Source: Minisyncoccota bacterium
Lineage (GTDB): Bacteria; Patescibacteriota; Minisyncoccia; Phycocordibacterales; UBA2100
Reading direction: 5' to 3'
NCBI GenBank assembly: GCA_031291875.1
Contig: JARLIE010000040.1
Coordinates: 67,011-131,010 of the forward strand
DNA length: 64,000 bases
Shown: positions 28,179-36,730 of the stretch, piece by piece
Position numbering within the stretch: position 1 is the first letter of the stretch
How the letters are laid out: the number at the start of each line of letters is the position of its first letter
Made by a program: the position numbers and the translations under genes
Notes under the pieces: model-generated
The model's input: only the letters and a program-made list of their open reading frames with translations
The model's database searches: none
What the model was told of the DNA's origin: nothing

Positions 28179-28718
28179 ATGCGCAATTCACTTACCGTAC
28201 TTTCGATTGCCGCGTTCGTGATCGCGATCGTCGCCTGGCTTGGCGTTTGGTTCTTGTTTAGCGACATTTCGTCGCGGCTTGTCGCGCGAGCGCAAAGCAT
28301 CTCTTCGGTGAGTTCGCAGAGCGCAAAGCAGGCGAGCGCAATCGCGACCCATACGTTTCTCGGCAACAGCGTGTCGCAGCGCTCGACGCTCGACGCGGCC
28401 GTTGGGACGGACGTGGTCGGGATCGCTAATCAGATTACCGCGGCGAGCAAAGCTGCCGGCGTACAAAGTACGATCGGATCCGCGACCGTTATATCGACAT
28501 CGGCTTCTGCCGGAGTAAGCGAGGTTGAGTTTGTCGTACAATCGAGCGGAACGTTCGCACAAATCTGGCGGGCCGCTGAATTATTCCAATCGCTCCCGCT
28601 CGCCTCGAAGGTGAGCGAGCTCGATTTTCAAGAACAACCGAACACTCCGGGCAAAAGCACGCAGTGGCAACTCACTTCGCGTATCGACGTGCTGACCAGC
28701 TCGCAACTATCATCATGA
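28179..28718 (+). CDS. PilO-like pilus assembly protein
   Basis: Single TM, helical linker, ferredoxin-like C-terminus; position after pilN. Confidence 0.65.
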   Translation: MRNSLTVLSIAAFVIAIVAWLGVWFLFSDISSRLVARAQSISSVSSQSAKQASAIATHTFLGNSVSQRSTLDAAVGTDVVGIANQITAASKAAGVQSTIGSATVISTSASAGVSEVEFVVQSSGTFAQIWRAAELFQSLPLASKVSELDFQEQPNTPGKSTQWQLTSRIDVLTSSQLSS

Positions 28719-29044
28719 ACCTAAATCCATTTCATTCGTTTCGAATACAGCAGGCCTGGGAGTATCGCAGCGAACCTGAATCGCTGCGCACGCTCGCGCC
28801 GGTCTTTTGGCACGCGTTGCTTACGGTCGTCTTCCTTGCGCTTGTTTGCGCTTTCTGGTTTGGCTACCAAGAATTGCAGGCTGCTTCCCAAGCGGAGGCG
28901 ACACCCACGAATGCTTCAGTATTTACACCGCCGTGGCCCGCGACGCAGCTCCAAGCGACGATAGACGCGTACAATACTCGTCAGAGTTCGTACCAGACAC
29001 TTTCGCAGTCACCGCTCCCCGTGGTCGCCGACCCTTCGAAGTAA
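28715..29044 (+). CDS. Small single-TM protein closing the pilMNO cluster
   Basis: ATGA overlap with the upstream gene; one TM. Confidence 0.65.
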   Translation: MNLNPFHSFRIQQAWEYRSEPESLRTLAPVFWHALLTVVFLALVCAFWFGYQELQAASQAEATPTNASVFTPPWPATQLQATIDAYNTRQSSYQTLSQSPLPVVADPSK

Positions 29045-29092
29045 ATCGTTTTGAAAAGCAGAAATATCGGATATTCTGATTTGGTTCCACCC

Positions 29093-29164
29093 GCCCTTGT
29101 AGTTCAATGGATAGAACACCGGACTTCTAAGCCGGTTATGTTGGTTCGATTCCAACCGAGGGCA
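29093..29164 (+). tRNA. tRNA-Arg(TCT), CCA not encoded
   Basis: GCCCTTG/CGAGGGC acceptor stem, CTTCTAA anticodon loop, GGTTCGATTCC T-arm. Confidence 0.95.
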
Positions 29165-29180
29165 ATGACGAAGTACTTGA

Positions 29181-29200
29181 CCTCGGTTGGAATCGAACCA
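29181..29200 (-). repeat. Perfect 20-nt inverted copy of the tRNA-Arg T-arm/acceptor segment (29142-29161)
   Basis: CCTCGGTTGGAATCGAACCA is the exact reverse complement of TGGTTCGATTCCAACCGAGG. Confidence 0.95.
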
Positions 29201-29284
29201 GGAGGGGGTCGGGGAACCTGCTGGTTCCCTGTGGAGGAAGGCTTGGGAAAACCGTGGGTTTCCCAGGAGTTCCATTCCAACTCA

Positions 29285-29367
29285 GGAGCGATGTTTCGCC
29301 AGCAGGCGAAACTGGCGAGCAGGGGTCGCGGAAATCTCCTCGCTGGCGACAAAATTATCCGTGACCA
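29285..29367 (+). repeat. tRNA-downstream structured repeat, copy 1
   Basis: GGAGCGAT.TTTCGCCAGCAGGCGAAACT.GCGAG...GGTCGCGGAAAT...ATCCGTGACCA shared with 29552-29632. Confidence 0.9.
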
Positions 29368-29426
29368 TGACGGTGTGTCCGAGTAACTATTCGATTCTAA
29401 GTCCACATCTGCTATATTGATCCCGC

Positions 29427-29501
29427 GCGCGCTTAGCTCAGTGGTAGAGCAGCGCTTTTACACAGCGAAGGTCAGGGGTTCGAATCCCTTAGCGCGCACC
29501 A
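29427..29501 (+). tRNA. tRNA-Val(TAC)
   Basis: GCGCGCT/AGCGCGC acceptor stem, TTTACAC loop, GGTTCGAATCC, CCA; TGCTATATT -10 box upstream. Confidence 0.96.
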
Positions 29502-29551
29502 ATGACACAAGGACGTGCCCTGCGGCAAGTCCTTGTGCTTTGGGGCGGGCC

Positions 29552-29632
29552 GGAGCGATCTTTCGCCAGCAGGCGAAACTAGCGAGGCCGGGTCGCGGAA
29601 ATTTGCATCTGGATGCAAAGTATCCGTGACCA
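29552..29632 (+). repeat. tRNA-downstream structured repeat, copy 2
   Basis: Same conserved blocks as 29285-29367 with a different inner hairpin. Confidence 0.9.
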
Positions 29633-29717
29633 CAAAACAAACGAGACCGATGCATGCCATCGGTCGACTAGGGAAAATTTGCCCAATCAGCCCCCTGATG
29701 CTATAGTGCCGCGACTT

Positions 29718-30191
29718 ATGGCATTCAAGATTTCACCGGTCGACACGGAGGCCCGCAGCAGGCTCGATATTCGAGCCGGCGACACTGTCCGTGTACACCA
29801 GAAAATCGAAGAAAAGGGGAAGTTTCGTATCCAGATCTTCGAGGGCTTGGTGCTTGCCCGCAAGCACGGCCGCGAAGCCGGGGGCACCTTTACTGTTCGC
29901 CGCGTCCTATCGGGCGTCGGTGTTGAGAAGATTTTCCCGCTCTACTCTCCAATGATCGACAAGATCGAGATCGTGAAGCGCTCCCGCGTACGCCGCGCGA
30001 AGCTCTACTTCATCCGCGAGAAGGTTGCCCGCGAAGCTCGCCGCCAGTTGCGCCGCACGCGCATGATGACCAGCGACGAAATGCAGGCGGAATTTGCCAA
30101 CGAAAGCGAGGCACAAAAGGAAAAGATCGTCGAAGAGATGACTGCTCCGACCAACGACGCGGTCGAAACGACTGGCGAGAAATCCGAATAG
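29718..30191 (+). CDS. rplS: 50S ribosomal protein L19
   Basis: [33 protein letters not shown] and VRRAKLY motifs. Confidence 0.98.
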   Translation: MAFKISPVDTEARSRLDIRAGDTVRVHQKIEEKGKFRIQIFEGLVLARKHGREAGGTFTVRRVLSGVGVEKIFPLYSPMIDKIEIVKRSRVRRAKLYFIREKVAREARRQLRRTRMMTSDEMQAEFANESEAQKEKIVEEMTAPTNDAVETTGEKSE

Positions 30192-30227
30192 CGCATACAA
30201 TAGCAACGCTCCGATTTGGAGCGAGAA

Positions 30228-30314
30228 GCGCAGGTGGCGAAATTGGTAGACGTACTACCTTGAGGTGGTAGCGCCCTCACGGGCATGGGAGTTCGAGTCT
30301 CCCCCTGCGCACCA
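30228..30314 (+). tRNA. tRNA-Leu(GAG)
   Basis: GCGCAGG/CCTGCGC stem, CTACC-ttgaggt-GGTAG anticodon arm, long variable arm, CCA. Confidence 0.97.
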
Positions 30315-30320
30315 AACTGC

Positions 30321-30347
30321 CAAAGCCGGAGACACACTCCGGCTTTG
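30321..30347. terminator. Intrinsic terminator after tRNA-Leu
   Basis: CAAAGCCGGAG-acaca-CTCCGGCTTTG. Confidence 0.8.
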
Positions 30348-30543
30348 TGCTTTCCAAAATCCTCGTTCGCGGTGGGATACCGAGGCTCTTACCGAATCGT
30401 AATCATCGATTCCCCGAATCCGGTATCTTCTTCCTCTACGTTATTGAGATAGAGTAAGGATGCCGCGACAAGCATGAAAACTATTTTGATCGCGAGGCCG
30501 GTACCCATGCTGTCGAGGATATTTGAGGGTGCGACAGTTCCCC

Positions 30544-31203
30544 TTAGTACCAATTTCCCGTGTAGGGATCTTGCACCCACTGCTGCGGGTCTTTGCCGCA
30601 GGGCGCGTACGTCGGATAATCCGACCAGTAGCAAAGCTGCGTGCCAAAAGGACCGTATGTACCGGAAGGGTAGGAGTACGATTGCGGCTGTGAAGTGTAG
30701 GAGTTTGTGTTGTATCCGGTGGAGTACCCGTAGTTGGGCGTCGAGTTTTGGTATCCGCTCGTATAGCCGTAGTTGGAATTAGTTTGGTATTGCGACGACG
30801 AAGGATAGTAATTGTAGGAAGGTGCCGCGTAGCTTTGGTACTGCTGCGCGATCTGGAGACCGTACGCGACATATGGCATCGCTGAGCTCGGGATGTAGGA
30901 GGTGTAGTTGTTTTGTTGCGGAGCCGTTTGGTACGACGTGGGCTGACTGTAGTACTGGGAGGTGGGGTAGTACGCAGAGCTCGGAGTGTTGTACGAATTT
31001 TGATTCGGGTACGAATAGTAGTTCGGGCTTGTATTTGAATAGTACTGCGCTGTAGTGCCGCCGCAGGTCATAGATTCGTTCATTTCGTCGTTGCACGAAC
31101 CCTCTCCCGACTCGTTGTCGTACGATTGCGCGAGCGCAAGCGCCGGCATCACAATAAAGGCGAGCGCGATCGCGCCAGCGAAGTGTTTCTTGAATGTATT
31201 CAT
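30544..31203 (-). CDS. Secreted low-complexity Tyr/Ser/Gln/Asn-rich protein
   Basis: Signal peptide ending ALA, Y/S/Q/N-rich body, Cys pairs at both ends. Confidence 0.75.
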   Translation of the reverse strand: MNTFKKHFAGAIALAFIVMPALALAQSYDNESGEGSCNDEMNESMTCGGTTAQYYSNTSPNYYSYPNQNSYNTPSSAYYPTSQYYSQPTSYQTAPQQNNYTSYIPSSAMPYVAYGLQIAQQYQSYAAPSYNYYPSSSQYQTNSNYGYTSGYQNSTPNYGYSTGYNTNSYTSQPQSYSYPSGTYGPFGTQLCYWSDYPTYAPCGKDPQQWVQDPYTGNWY

Positions 31204-31260
31204 AACGCCGGAATTCTACATCAAAGATGCAATAAGTCAAGTATCTGCTATAGTACTCGC

Positions 31261-32358
31261 ATGATTCGTCGGTATCTCCCAAAAAACGTGAAGGAGCTTG
31301 TGCACTGGTATGAGCGCTACGTCTCACCGATCTCGCTGGTCGCGGGATTCATTTCGGACAACCTCATTTTGCTGCGCCGCGTAGATCTTTGGACGACCGA
31401 TGCACTCTTTATCTTCTACCTGGTGCTCTCAAGTGCCGGGATCCTGCTCATCAACGCGCTCGAGGCAGGGAAGATAAAGCAGAAATTTCTCGTCGAGTCG
31501 GCTCCCGCGATCCCGATCGTCGTGCAGTTCGCGGTCGGTGGTCTTTTCAGTGGATTCCTCTCGCTCTATTCAAGAAGCGCAGGCTACGCGGCGAGCTGGA
31601 TTTTTGTCCTGATTGTCGCAGCGCTTTTGTTGGGCAACGAGCGATTCGCGCGCTTCTATGTGCGCGTTCCCGTGCAGATCTCGATTCTTTTCACGACGCT
31701 CTTCGCGTTCCTGATCTTCTTTTTGCCGGTTGAATTCCACAAGATCGGTCCGTGGATGTTTGCGCTTAGCGGCGCCACGGCACTCGTACTGATCTCGCTC
31801 TTCCTCGCGCTGATGCTCAAGTTGATACCGCCGTTGCGTAGGCAACTCACTGCGTGCGCGCGAGCCATCGCCATCATCTATCTGGCGTTTAACGCGCTGT
31901 ATTTTACCAGCGCGATCCCGCCGTTGCCGCTTTCGCTCAAAGATGCGGGCGTCTACCACGATGTTGTGCACGATACGACGACCGGCGATTACGTCGTGAG
32001 TGGCGAAGAACAACCATGGTACGACTCGATCTATCCATTTGATGTGACCTATCACGAAGTGCAGGGCGACAATGTGTTTGTGTATACCTCCATCTTCGCG
32101 CCATCCGGACTTTCGACGCAAATATTGCACCAATGGCAGTACAACGATGGCGGTACCTGGGTTACGAAAGCCACGATCGAGTATCCGATCATCGGCGGAC
32201 GCGACGGGGGGTACGAGGGGTATTCTGAAATAGCGAACCCTGCCCCGGGAAAGTGGCGTGTAAACGTGATTACCCAGTATGGACAGCTGATCGGGCGAAT
32301 CTCGTTTGCCATTGTCGCTGCGACAGACACGCCGGAGCTTATAACAGCCACGAAATAG
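31261..32358 (+). CDS. DUF2914-like membrane protein
   Basis: Multi-TM N-terminus; C-terminal SIFAP..L...I.H.W, GGRDGGY and PGKWRV motifs. Confidence 0.8.
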   Translation: MIRRYLPKNVKELVHWYERYVSPISLVAGFISDNLILLRRVDLWTTDALFIFYLVLSSAGILLINALEAGKIKQKFLVESAPAIPIVVQFAVGGLFSGFLSLYSRSAGYAASWIFVLIVAALLLGNERFARFYVRVPVQISILFTTLFAFLIFFLPVEFHKIGPWMFALSGATALVLISLFLALMLKLIPPLRRQLTACARAIAIIYLAFNALYFTSAIPPLPLSLKDAGVYHDVVHDTTTGDYVVSGEEQPWYDSIYPFDVTYHEVQGDNVFVYTSIFAPSGLSTQILHQWQYNDGGTWVTKATIEYPIIGGRDGGYEGYSEIANPAPGKWRVNVITQYGQLIGRISFAIVAATDTPELITATK

Positions 32359-32447
32359 CAACCCACTGATTCGACTTGACGGCGCGGGCGTTAGCGTCAC
32401 AATATATATGAACGGCAGCCAATTGCTGCGGAATTGCGCATACCACC

Positions 32448-32834
32448 ATGATCCAAAAACTCGCTTGGGCATACGCCATTGTTTTCGTCGTGATAGGGCT
32501 TCTCGGATTTATCCCGATGTTTGTTTCTGAGGATTTACTGCTGGGTGTTTTCTCTGTAACTGCAATGAATAACGTTTTGTATTTGCTTTCAGGGCTCTTG
32601 GCGATCGCGGCCGCTTGGGTCGGCGGTTCCTATCCGCGACTGTATTTCAAAGTATTCGGTATTCTGTACGCCTTTGCCGCGATCATCGGCTTCGCGCAAG
32701 GCGATACTGTTGTAGGACTTATGGCGGTTAATGCCGCAAATAACACGCTGCATCTCATTGCCGCGATCGTTGCGCTCTGGGCCGGATTCGGGGTCAAAGT
32801 GGAGGTTCCTGCGCGAGCGGGGGTGGCGGCGTAG
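32448..32834 (+). CDS. DUF4383-like small membrane protein
   Basis: 4 TM; GLLGFIP and N.A.N.LH motifs. Confidence 0.75.
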   Translation: MIQKLAWAYAIVFVVIGLLGFIPMFVSEDLLLGVFSVTAMNNVLYLLSGLLAIAAAWVGGSYPRLYFKVFGILYAFAAIIGFAQGDTVVGLMAVNAANNTLHLIAAIVALWAGFGVKVEVPARAGVAA

Positions 32835-32899
32835 AGTCGTTTACGACCTTGTGCGGTCGCAACATCGTCCACAATCTGTTATAACTGCACTGTTTGCAT

Positions 32900-32972
32900 G
32901 GCGATCGTGGTGTAAAGGTTAACACTGGAGCTTGTGGAGCTCTCAATCCGGGTTCAATTCCCGGCGATCGCC
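32900..32972 (+). tRNA. tRNA-His(GTG)
   Basis: G-1/C73 pair, GCGATCG/CGATCGC stem, TTGTGGA loop, GGTTCAATTCC; CCA not fully encoded. Confidence 0.95.
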
Positions 32973-33044
32973 CCGACTTAGTGGGCAAGATCAGCTTACC
33001 TGATCGCCTAGGCATGACTCATGCGAAACGCCCACCTCTTTCAC

Positions 33045-33800
33045 TTAGGTGCGCCAGTCTGTGCGTATATCGATATACTCCTCGCTCCACGGTTTTTTTG
33101 TGAACGTCGTCCAAATGTAATTGAGCGCGTACCGCATACCCATTTTTACAATGCCTTCGTGTGCGAGCCGGCGGCCGGAGGCATATATCGGCAATCGGAA
33201 GGTCCAAACAACGTTGCCGACCGCGCTTAGGCGCCTTGCCACGTCGGTGTCTTCGCCGTAAAAGCGGATGGACGTATCGAATCCCTGGATCTTTTCCAGT
33301 GCGTCGCGTCGAACGACGAAGTTGCCACCCTGGAGCATCGCGCCGACACGCAATACATATTTATTAAAGAGGTAGGTGATATAACCAATGCCATAAAAAC
33401 ACGTCACCCAGAAGCGCGAGAGAGGGAAGAGGTCGTAGTACGTAAACGGACCAGAAAGCGCGACCAGCGACTTGTCGCGCTCAAATGCCCGTACGACGGT
33501 ATCGAGCCAGCCCGGTGGCACCATCGTGTCGGAGTCGACGTTGGCGATCAATTCCCCGTGCGAATGCTCAAAGCCGGCTTGGCGAGCAAAGGTCAAGCCT
33601 TTGCGCTGTTCGTCAACAACCGTGACACCAGGGAAGCTTTGCGCAATCTCTTTCGTGCGGTCGGTCGAGGCGTTGTTAACGACCACGATCTCCACCTGAC
33701 CCTCCATACCGGCGCGAACGATTTCCTTTTGGACCGATTCCAAACACCGGGCAATACGCTGCTCCTCGTTGTAGGCGGGGATCGAGAAGCTGATCTTCAT
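33045..33800 (-). CDS. GT2 family glycosyltransferase
   Basis: IPAYNEE, NASTDRT, DSD, GEDTD and SGRR motifs. Confidence 0.93.
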   Translation of the reverse strand: MKISFSIPAYNEEQRIARCLESVQKEIVRAGMEGQVEIVVVNNASTDRTKEIAQSFPGVTVVDEQRKGLTFARQAGFEHSHGELIANVDSDTMVPPGWLDTVVRAFERDKSLVALSGPFTYYDLFPLSRFWVTCFYGIGYITYLFNKYVLRVGAMLQGGNFVVRRDALEKIQGFDTSIRFYGEDTDVARRLSAVGNVVWTFRLPIYASGRRLAHEGIVKMGMRYALNYIWTTFTKKPWSEEYIDIRTDWRT

Positions 33801-33948
33801 ACGTCGCCCTAGTATACCCAAAAGAAAACCGGACGGAACATTCTTCCACCTGATTTAAGGATTCGAACCACTGCCCCTCGCAGAGAGCAACAGGGCTCGA
33901 GTGCGCAGCCGCGAGTCGCATAGGCTTTTGGGTGGTACCATCTCGAGT

Positions 33949-34407
33949 ATGAGTCCGGCGCTTTTCTTTCTCATTATTCTTTGGACGGCGTATGTTTTTG
34001 CAAAAGTGGAGATTGCGATTGAAGGGAAGCACGGCTGGGCGGAGAATTTGCCGACGTGGCGGCTCCCGACGACCAACTGGGCGAGCATCATCTTCTTCAG
34101 TGGGAAGCCTGCGACGGGATACCACATTTGGATGGAAATTTTTATCCTCTCCATGCTTCACTCGGTTTACGTCTATGTAGAGCCGTCCTGGATGATCGAG
34201 CTGCAGATATTCGCGTACTTCTTTTTCTTCTCCATCAGTGAGGATTTTCTGTGGTTCGCGCTTAATCCCGCATTTGGCATCAAGAATTTCCGCAAAGAAA
34301 AGATTTGGTGGCACCGTAAACACTGGTGGTGGATCGCGCCGCGCGATTACTATCTTTTCCTCGTGATCGGTACCGGGCTCTACCTGCTTTCGTTCGTGGT
34401 TCGATAA
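33949..34407 (+). CDS. Hypothetical membrane protein (Trp-rich)
   Basis: EIAIEGKHGWA and EDFLWFALNP motifs, several TM; -10 box 7 nt upstream. Confidence 0.75.
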   Translation: MSPALFFLIILWTAYVFAKVEIAIEGKHGWAENLPTWRLPTTNWASIIFFSGKPATGYHIWMEIFILSMLHSVYVYVEPSWMIELQIFAYFFFFSISEDFLWFALNPAFGIKNFRKEKIWWHRKHWWWIAPRDYYLFLVIGTGLYLLSFVVR

Positions 34408-36728
34408 CGGAGCAACATAAGCGCAAGTAAAAACATCGCCGCGGCCGTGATGAGCGCGAGAACGATCGTGAAGTACGCTCCCGCAGCCGTTGGCGGCGCG
34501 ATCATAAAGAATGTCTGGACCAGCGGAATCTGCAGCGTTACCAGCAGCACGATGCATTCGAAGATACCGAGCCCCGCGAGCTGCAGAGACTGTACCCAAT
34601 TGAGCCTCCCGGTGTGGAAGCTCGGCGCGAGCAGGAAATAGAAATAGCCGAGCGCGATGAAAAAGAGTACGAGGAGGGAACTTGAGGTGAGTCCATGTGT
34701 CAGAGAGAAATAGAACACGCCGATCGCGGCGGCGGTTTGCAAAAGGGCGAGCGCGAAGGGCAAGGGCAGCACTCGCTCGAGGAATGGTCGTTTACTTACT
34801 GCAATGGTGCGCTCGTGCGGTCGAATCGCCCAGTATGCGACGAGCGCTCCTGGCATTCCGATCGCGAAATAGTTGATGTACGAAATATTGAGCGGGGCGA
34901 GCGGGAAGTCGTGATTGAGGAGCGTGAGTATGAGGAAGAGGAAGAAGCTCAAAAATGTCTGGTTCATAAAAATACTCGCGTAAATCTCGATGTTTTCGAT
35001 CATGCTGTCGGCCAATTGCACGCCGCCGGGCAATTCGACGAAACTGTTTTTTGTGAGGATGACCGCCGATACCTGACGCGCAGCGGCTGCGCCCTCGGCC
35101 ATCGCGATACCCAAGTCTGCTTTCTTGAGCGAAAGTGCGTCGTTGGCGCCGTCGCCGACCATCGCGGTGAAGCCGTCTTGCTTGAGCGCCTCGATGATTC
35201 GTTCTTTTTGTTCCGGCTTGATGCGAGCGAAAACCGTGTAGTTTTTGGCGTGATTAAGATAGTGCTCGACATCCCAAGTGTTCATTTCGACGCCGGTGAT
35301 TACCTTGTCCGCATTGCGGATTCCGCATCTTTGCGCCACAACGTGTGCGGTCTCAGGGTGATCACCCGTGAGCACGCGGATAGTGACACCACGGTTTTGG
35401 AAGAACGCGATTGCATCCTGGATACCCTCACGCAATTTGTTGCTTTGGACGAATACGGCGACGATCGAGAGCTTCTCGCTCCCGAGGGTCCGCGGCACCT
35501 GCGGCGTCGATTCGGTCGCTCGCACAATGCAGGTAACATGCTTCCCATCTCGTGTTTGCTCGTCGATGACTGCCTGCAGCCACACTCGCTCGCTCGGCTC
35601 GAGCTTTCCAATAAATGCTTCTGGCGCGCCCGCGAGAATACATTCGCTCTTTGAGCCGGGAATACAGACGCCGCCATATTGTCGCCAAGAAGAAAAGGGA
35701 AGTGTGTCGGCGATCTCAGGCGCCTGCTCTCCCGCGAGATACTTTTCCATCGCGCTTACCAGCTGCGAGGAGTCCTGCGATCCTTGCACGTACGCGGCGG
35801 CGAATGTTCGTGCCCGTGAGAGATCTTCGTGAGCGGGGATCAGCATGCGCTCGACCGTCAGCTCGTTTTCCGTCAGGGTGCCCGTTTTGTCGACACAGAG
35901 ATTTTTAATATGACCGAACTTTTCCGTGGCATTCACTTCCTGCAGCAGTACGTGGCGATTGTAAAAATGCGCCCCGCCGAACGTGAAAAGCAGCGTGACG
36001 GTCACCACGAGCCCCTGTGGTACGAGTACGCTCGCGAGCGCGCCGATATTCTCCACGATTCGAAGTTGCGGCTCGTGCACCAGTGCACCTCGGATCACCA
36101 CGAGTGCGATTGTCGCAAGGAGCGTGTACACCGTGTATTCGATAATTTTTTGGATCGAAAGCTGGATAGGGCTTGGATTGGTCGTATAGCGTTTCAGGCC
36201 TTCCGCCATTTTTGCGACGCGACTTTCAGCGAATGGTGTTTCCACCTTAATGACCCCGCCGCCGGCGGTTATCACGCTTCCTGCGAGCAATTCGTCACCG
36301 GTTTTCTTTTGGATCGTGTCGCTTTCGCCGGTTATGAGGCCTTCGTTGATCTCCACGCCATTGCTAAGGAGCAGTGTCGAATCGCAGGGAACCTGATCGC
36401 CGAGTTTGATGCGCAAGCGATCGCCCTTACGGATTTCCGGCAGCATGACTTCGGTCTCGGTTCCGTCGTCGTTGATCCTGTGAATGCGCACAGCGGTCAG
36501 GATTTGTAGCTTTTCGAGCGTAAACCAGGCCCGCACGTCCTGACCAAAACCTAGGGCGATATTCACGAGCACCACTGCGCCCAGGAACAGGCCTTCCTGT
36601 GCGTCGCCAAATACAATAAGTAGGATTACGACGCCGAATATAATCGCATTGATCGGAAGAAATAAATGCCGCGCCGCGATACGAGCAATCTCAAGAGACT
36701 TTCGCTGCAGTGATTGGCGATCCGGCAT
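34380..36728 (-). CDS. P-type ATPase (CtpE-like) with atypical PQGL TM4 motif
   Basis: TGES, DKTGTLT, TGD and GDGAND motifs. Confidence 0.93.
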   Translation of the reverse strand: MPDRQSLQRKSLEIARIAARHLFLPINAIIFGVVILLIVFGDAQEGLFLGAVVLVNIALGFGQDVRAWFTLEKLQILTAVRIHRINDDGTETEVMLPEIRKGDRLRIKLGDQVPCDSTLLLSNGVEINEGLITGESDTIQKKTGDELLAGSVITAGGGVIKVETPFAESRVAKMAEGLKRYTTNPSPIQLSIQKIIEYTVYTLLATIALVVIRGALVHEPQLRIVENIGALASVLVPQGLVVTVTLLFTFGGAHFYNRHVLLQEVNATEKFGHIKNLCVDKTGTLTENELTVERMLIPAHEDLSRARTFAAAYVQGSQDSSQLVSAMEKYLAGEQAPEIADTLPFSSWRQYGGVCIPGSKSECILAGAPEAFIGKLEPSERVWLQAVIDEQTRDGKHVTCIVRATESTPQVPRTLGSEKLSIVAVFVQSNKLREGIQDAIAFFQNRGVTIRVLTGDHPETAHVVAQRCGIRNADKVITGVEMNTWDVEHYLNHAKNYTVFARIKPEQKERIIEALKQDGFTAMVGDGANDALSLKKADLGIAMAEGAAAARQVSAVILTKNSFVELPGGVQLADSMIENIEIYASIFMNQTFLSFFLFLILTLLNHDFPLAPLNISYINYFAIGMPGALVAYWAIRPHERTIAVSKRPFLERVLPLPFALALLQTAAAIGVFYFSLTHGLTSSSLLVLFFIALGYFYFLLAPSFHTGRLNWVQSLQLAGLGIFECIVLLVTLQIPLVQTFFMIAPPTAAGAYFTIVLALITAAAMFLLALMLLRYRTTNESR

Positions 36729-36730
36729 AC

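Noticed and set aside
29285-29632. CRISPR array interpretation of the repeated hairpin
   Set aside because: Only two long degenerate copies separated by a tRNA; no regular repeat-spacer period and no cas genes
29051-29706. ORF-track ORFs overlapping tRNA-Arg, tRNA-Val and the repeats (e.g. 29051-29386, 29417-29629)
   Set aside because: They overlap tRNA genes; their shared peptide (FRQQAKLA) merely reflects the DNA repeat
33841-33930. Possible minus-strand tRNA (GGTTCGAATCC)
   Set aside because: The T-stem does not pair beyond 2 bp and no acceptor or D arms can be built; kept only as a motif finding
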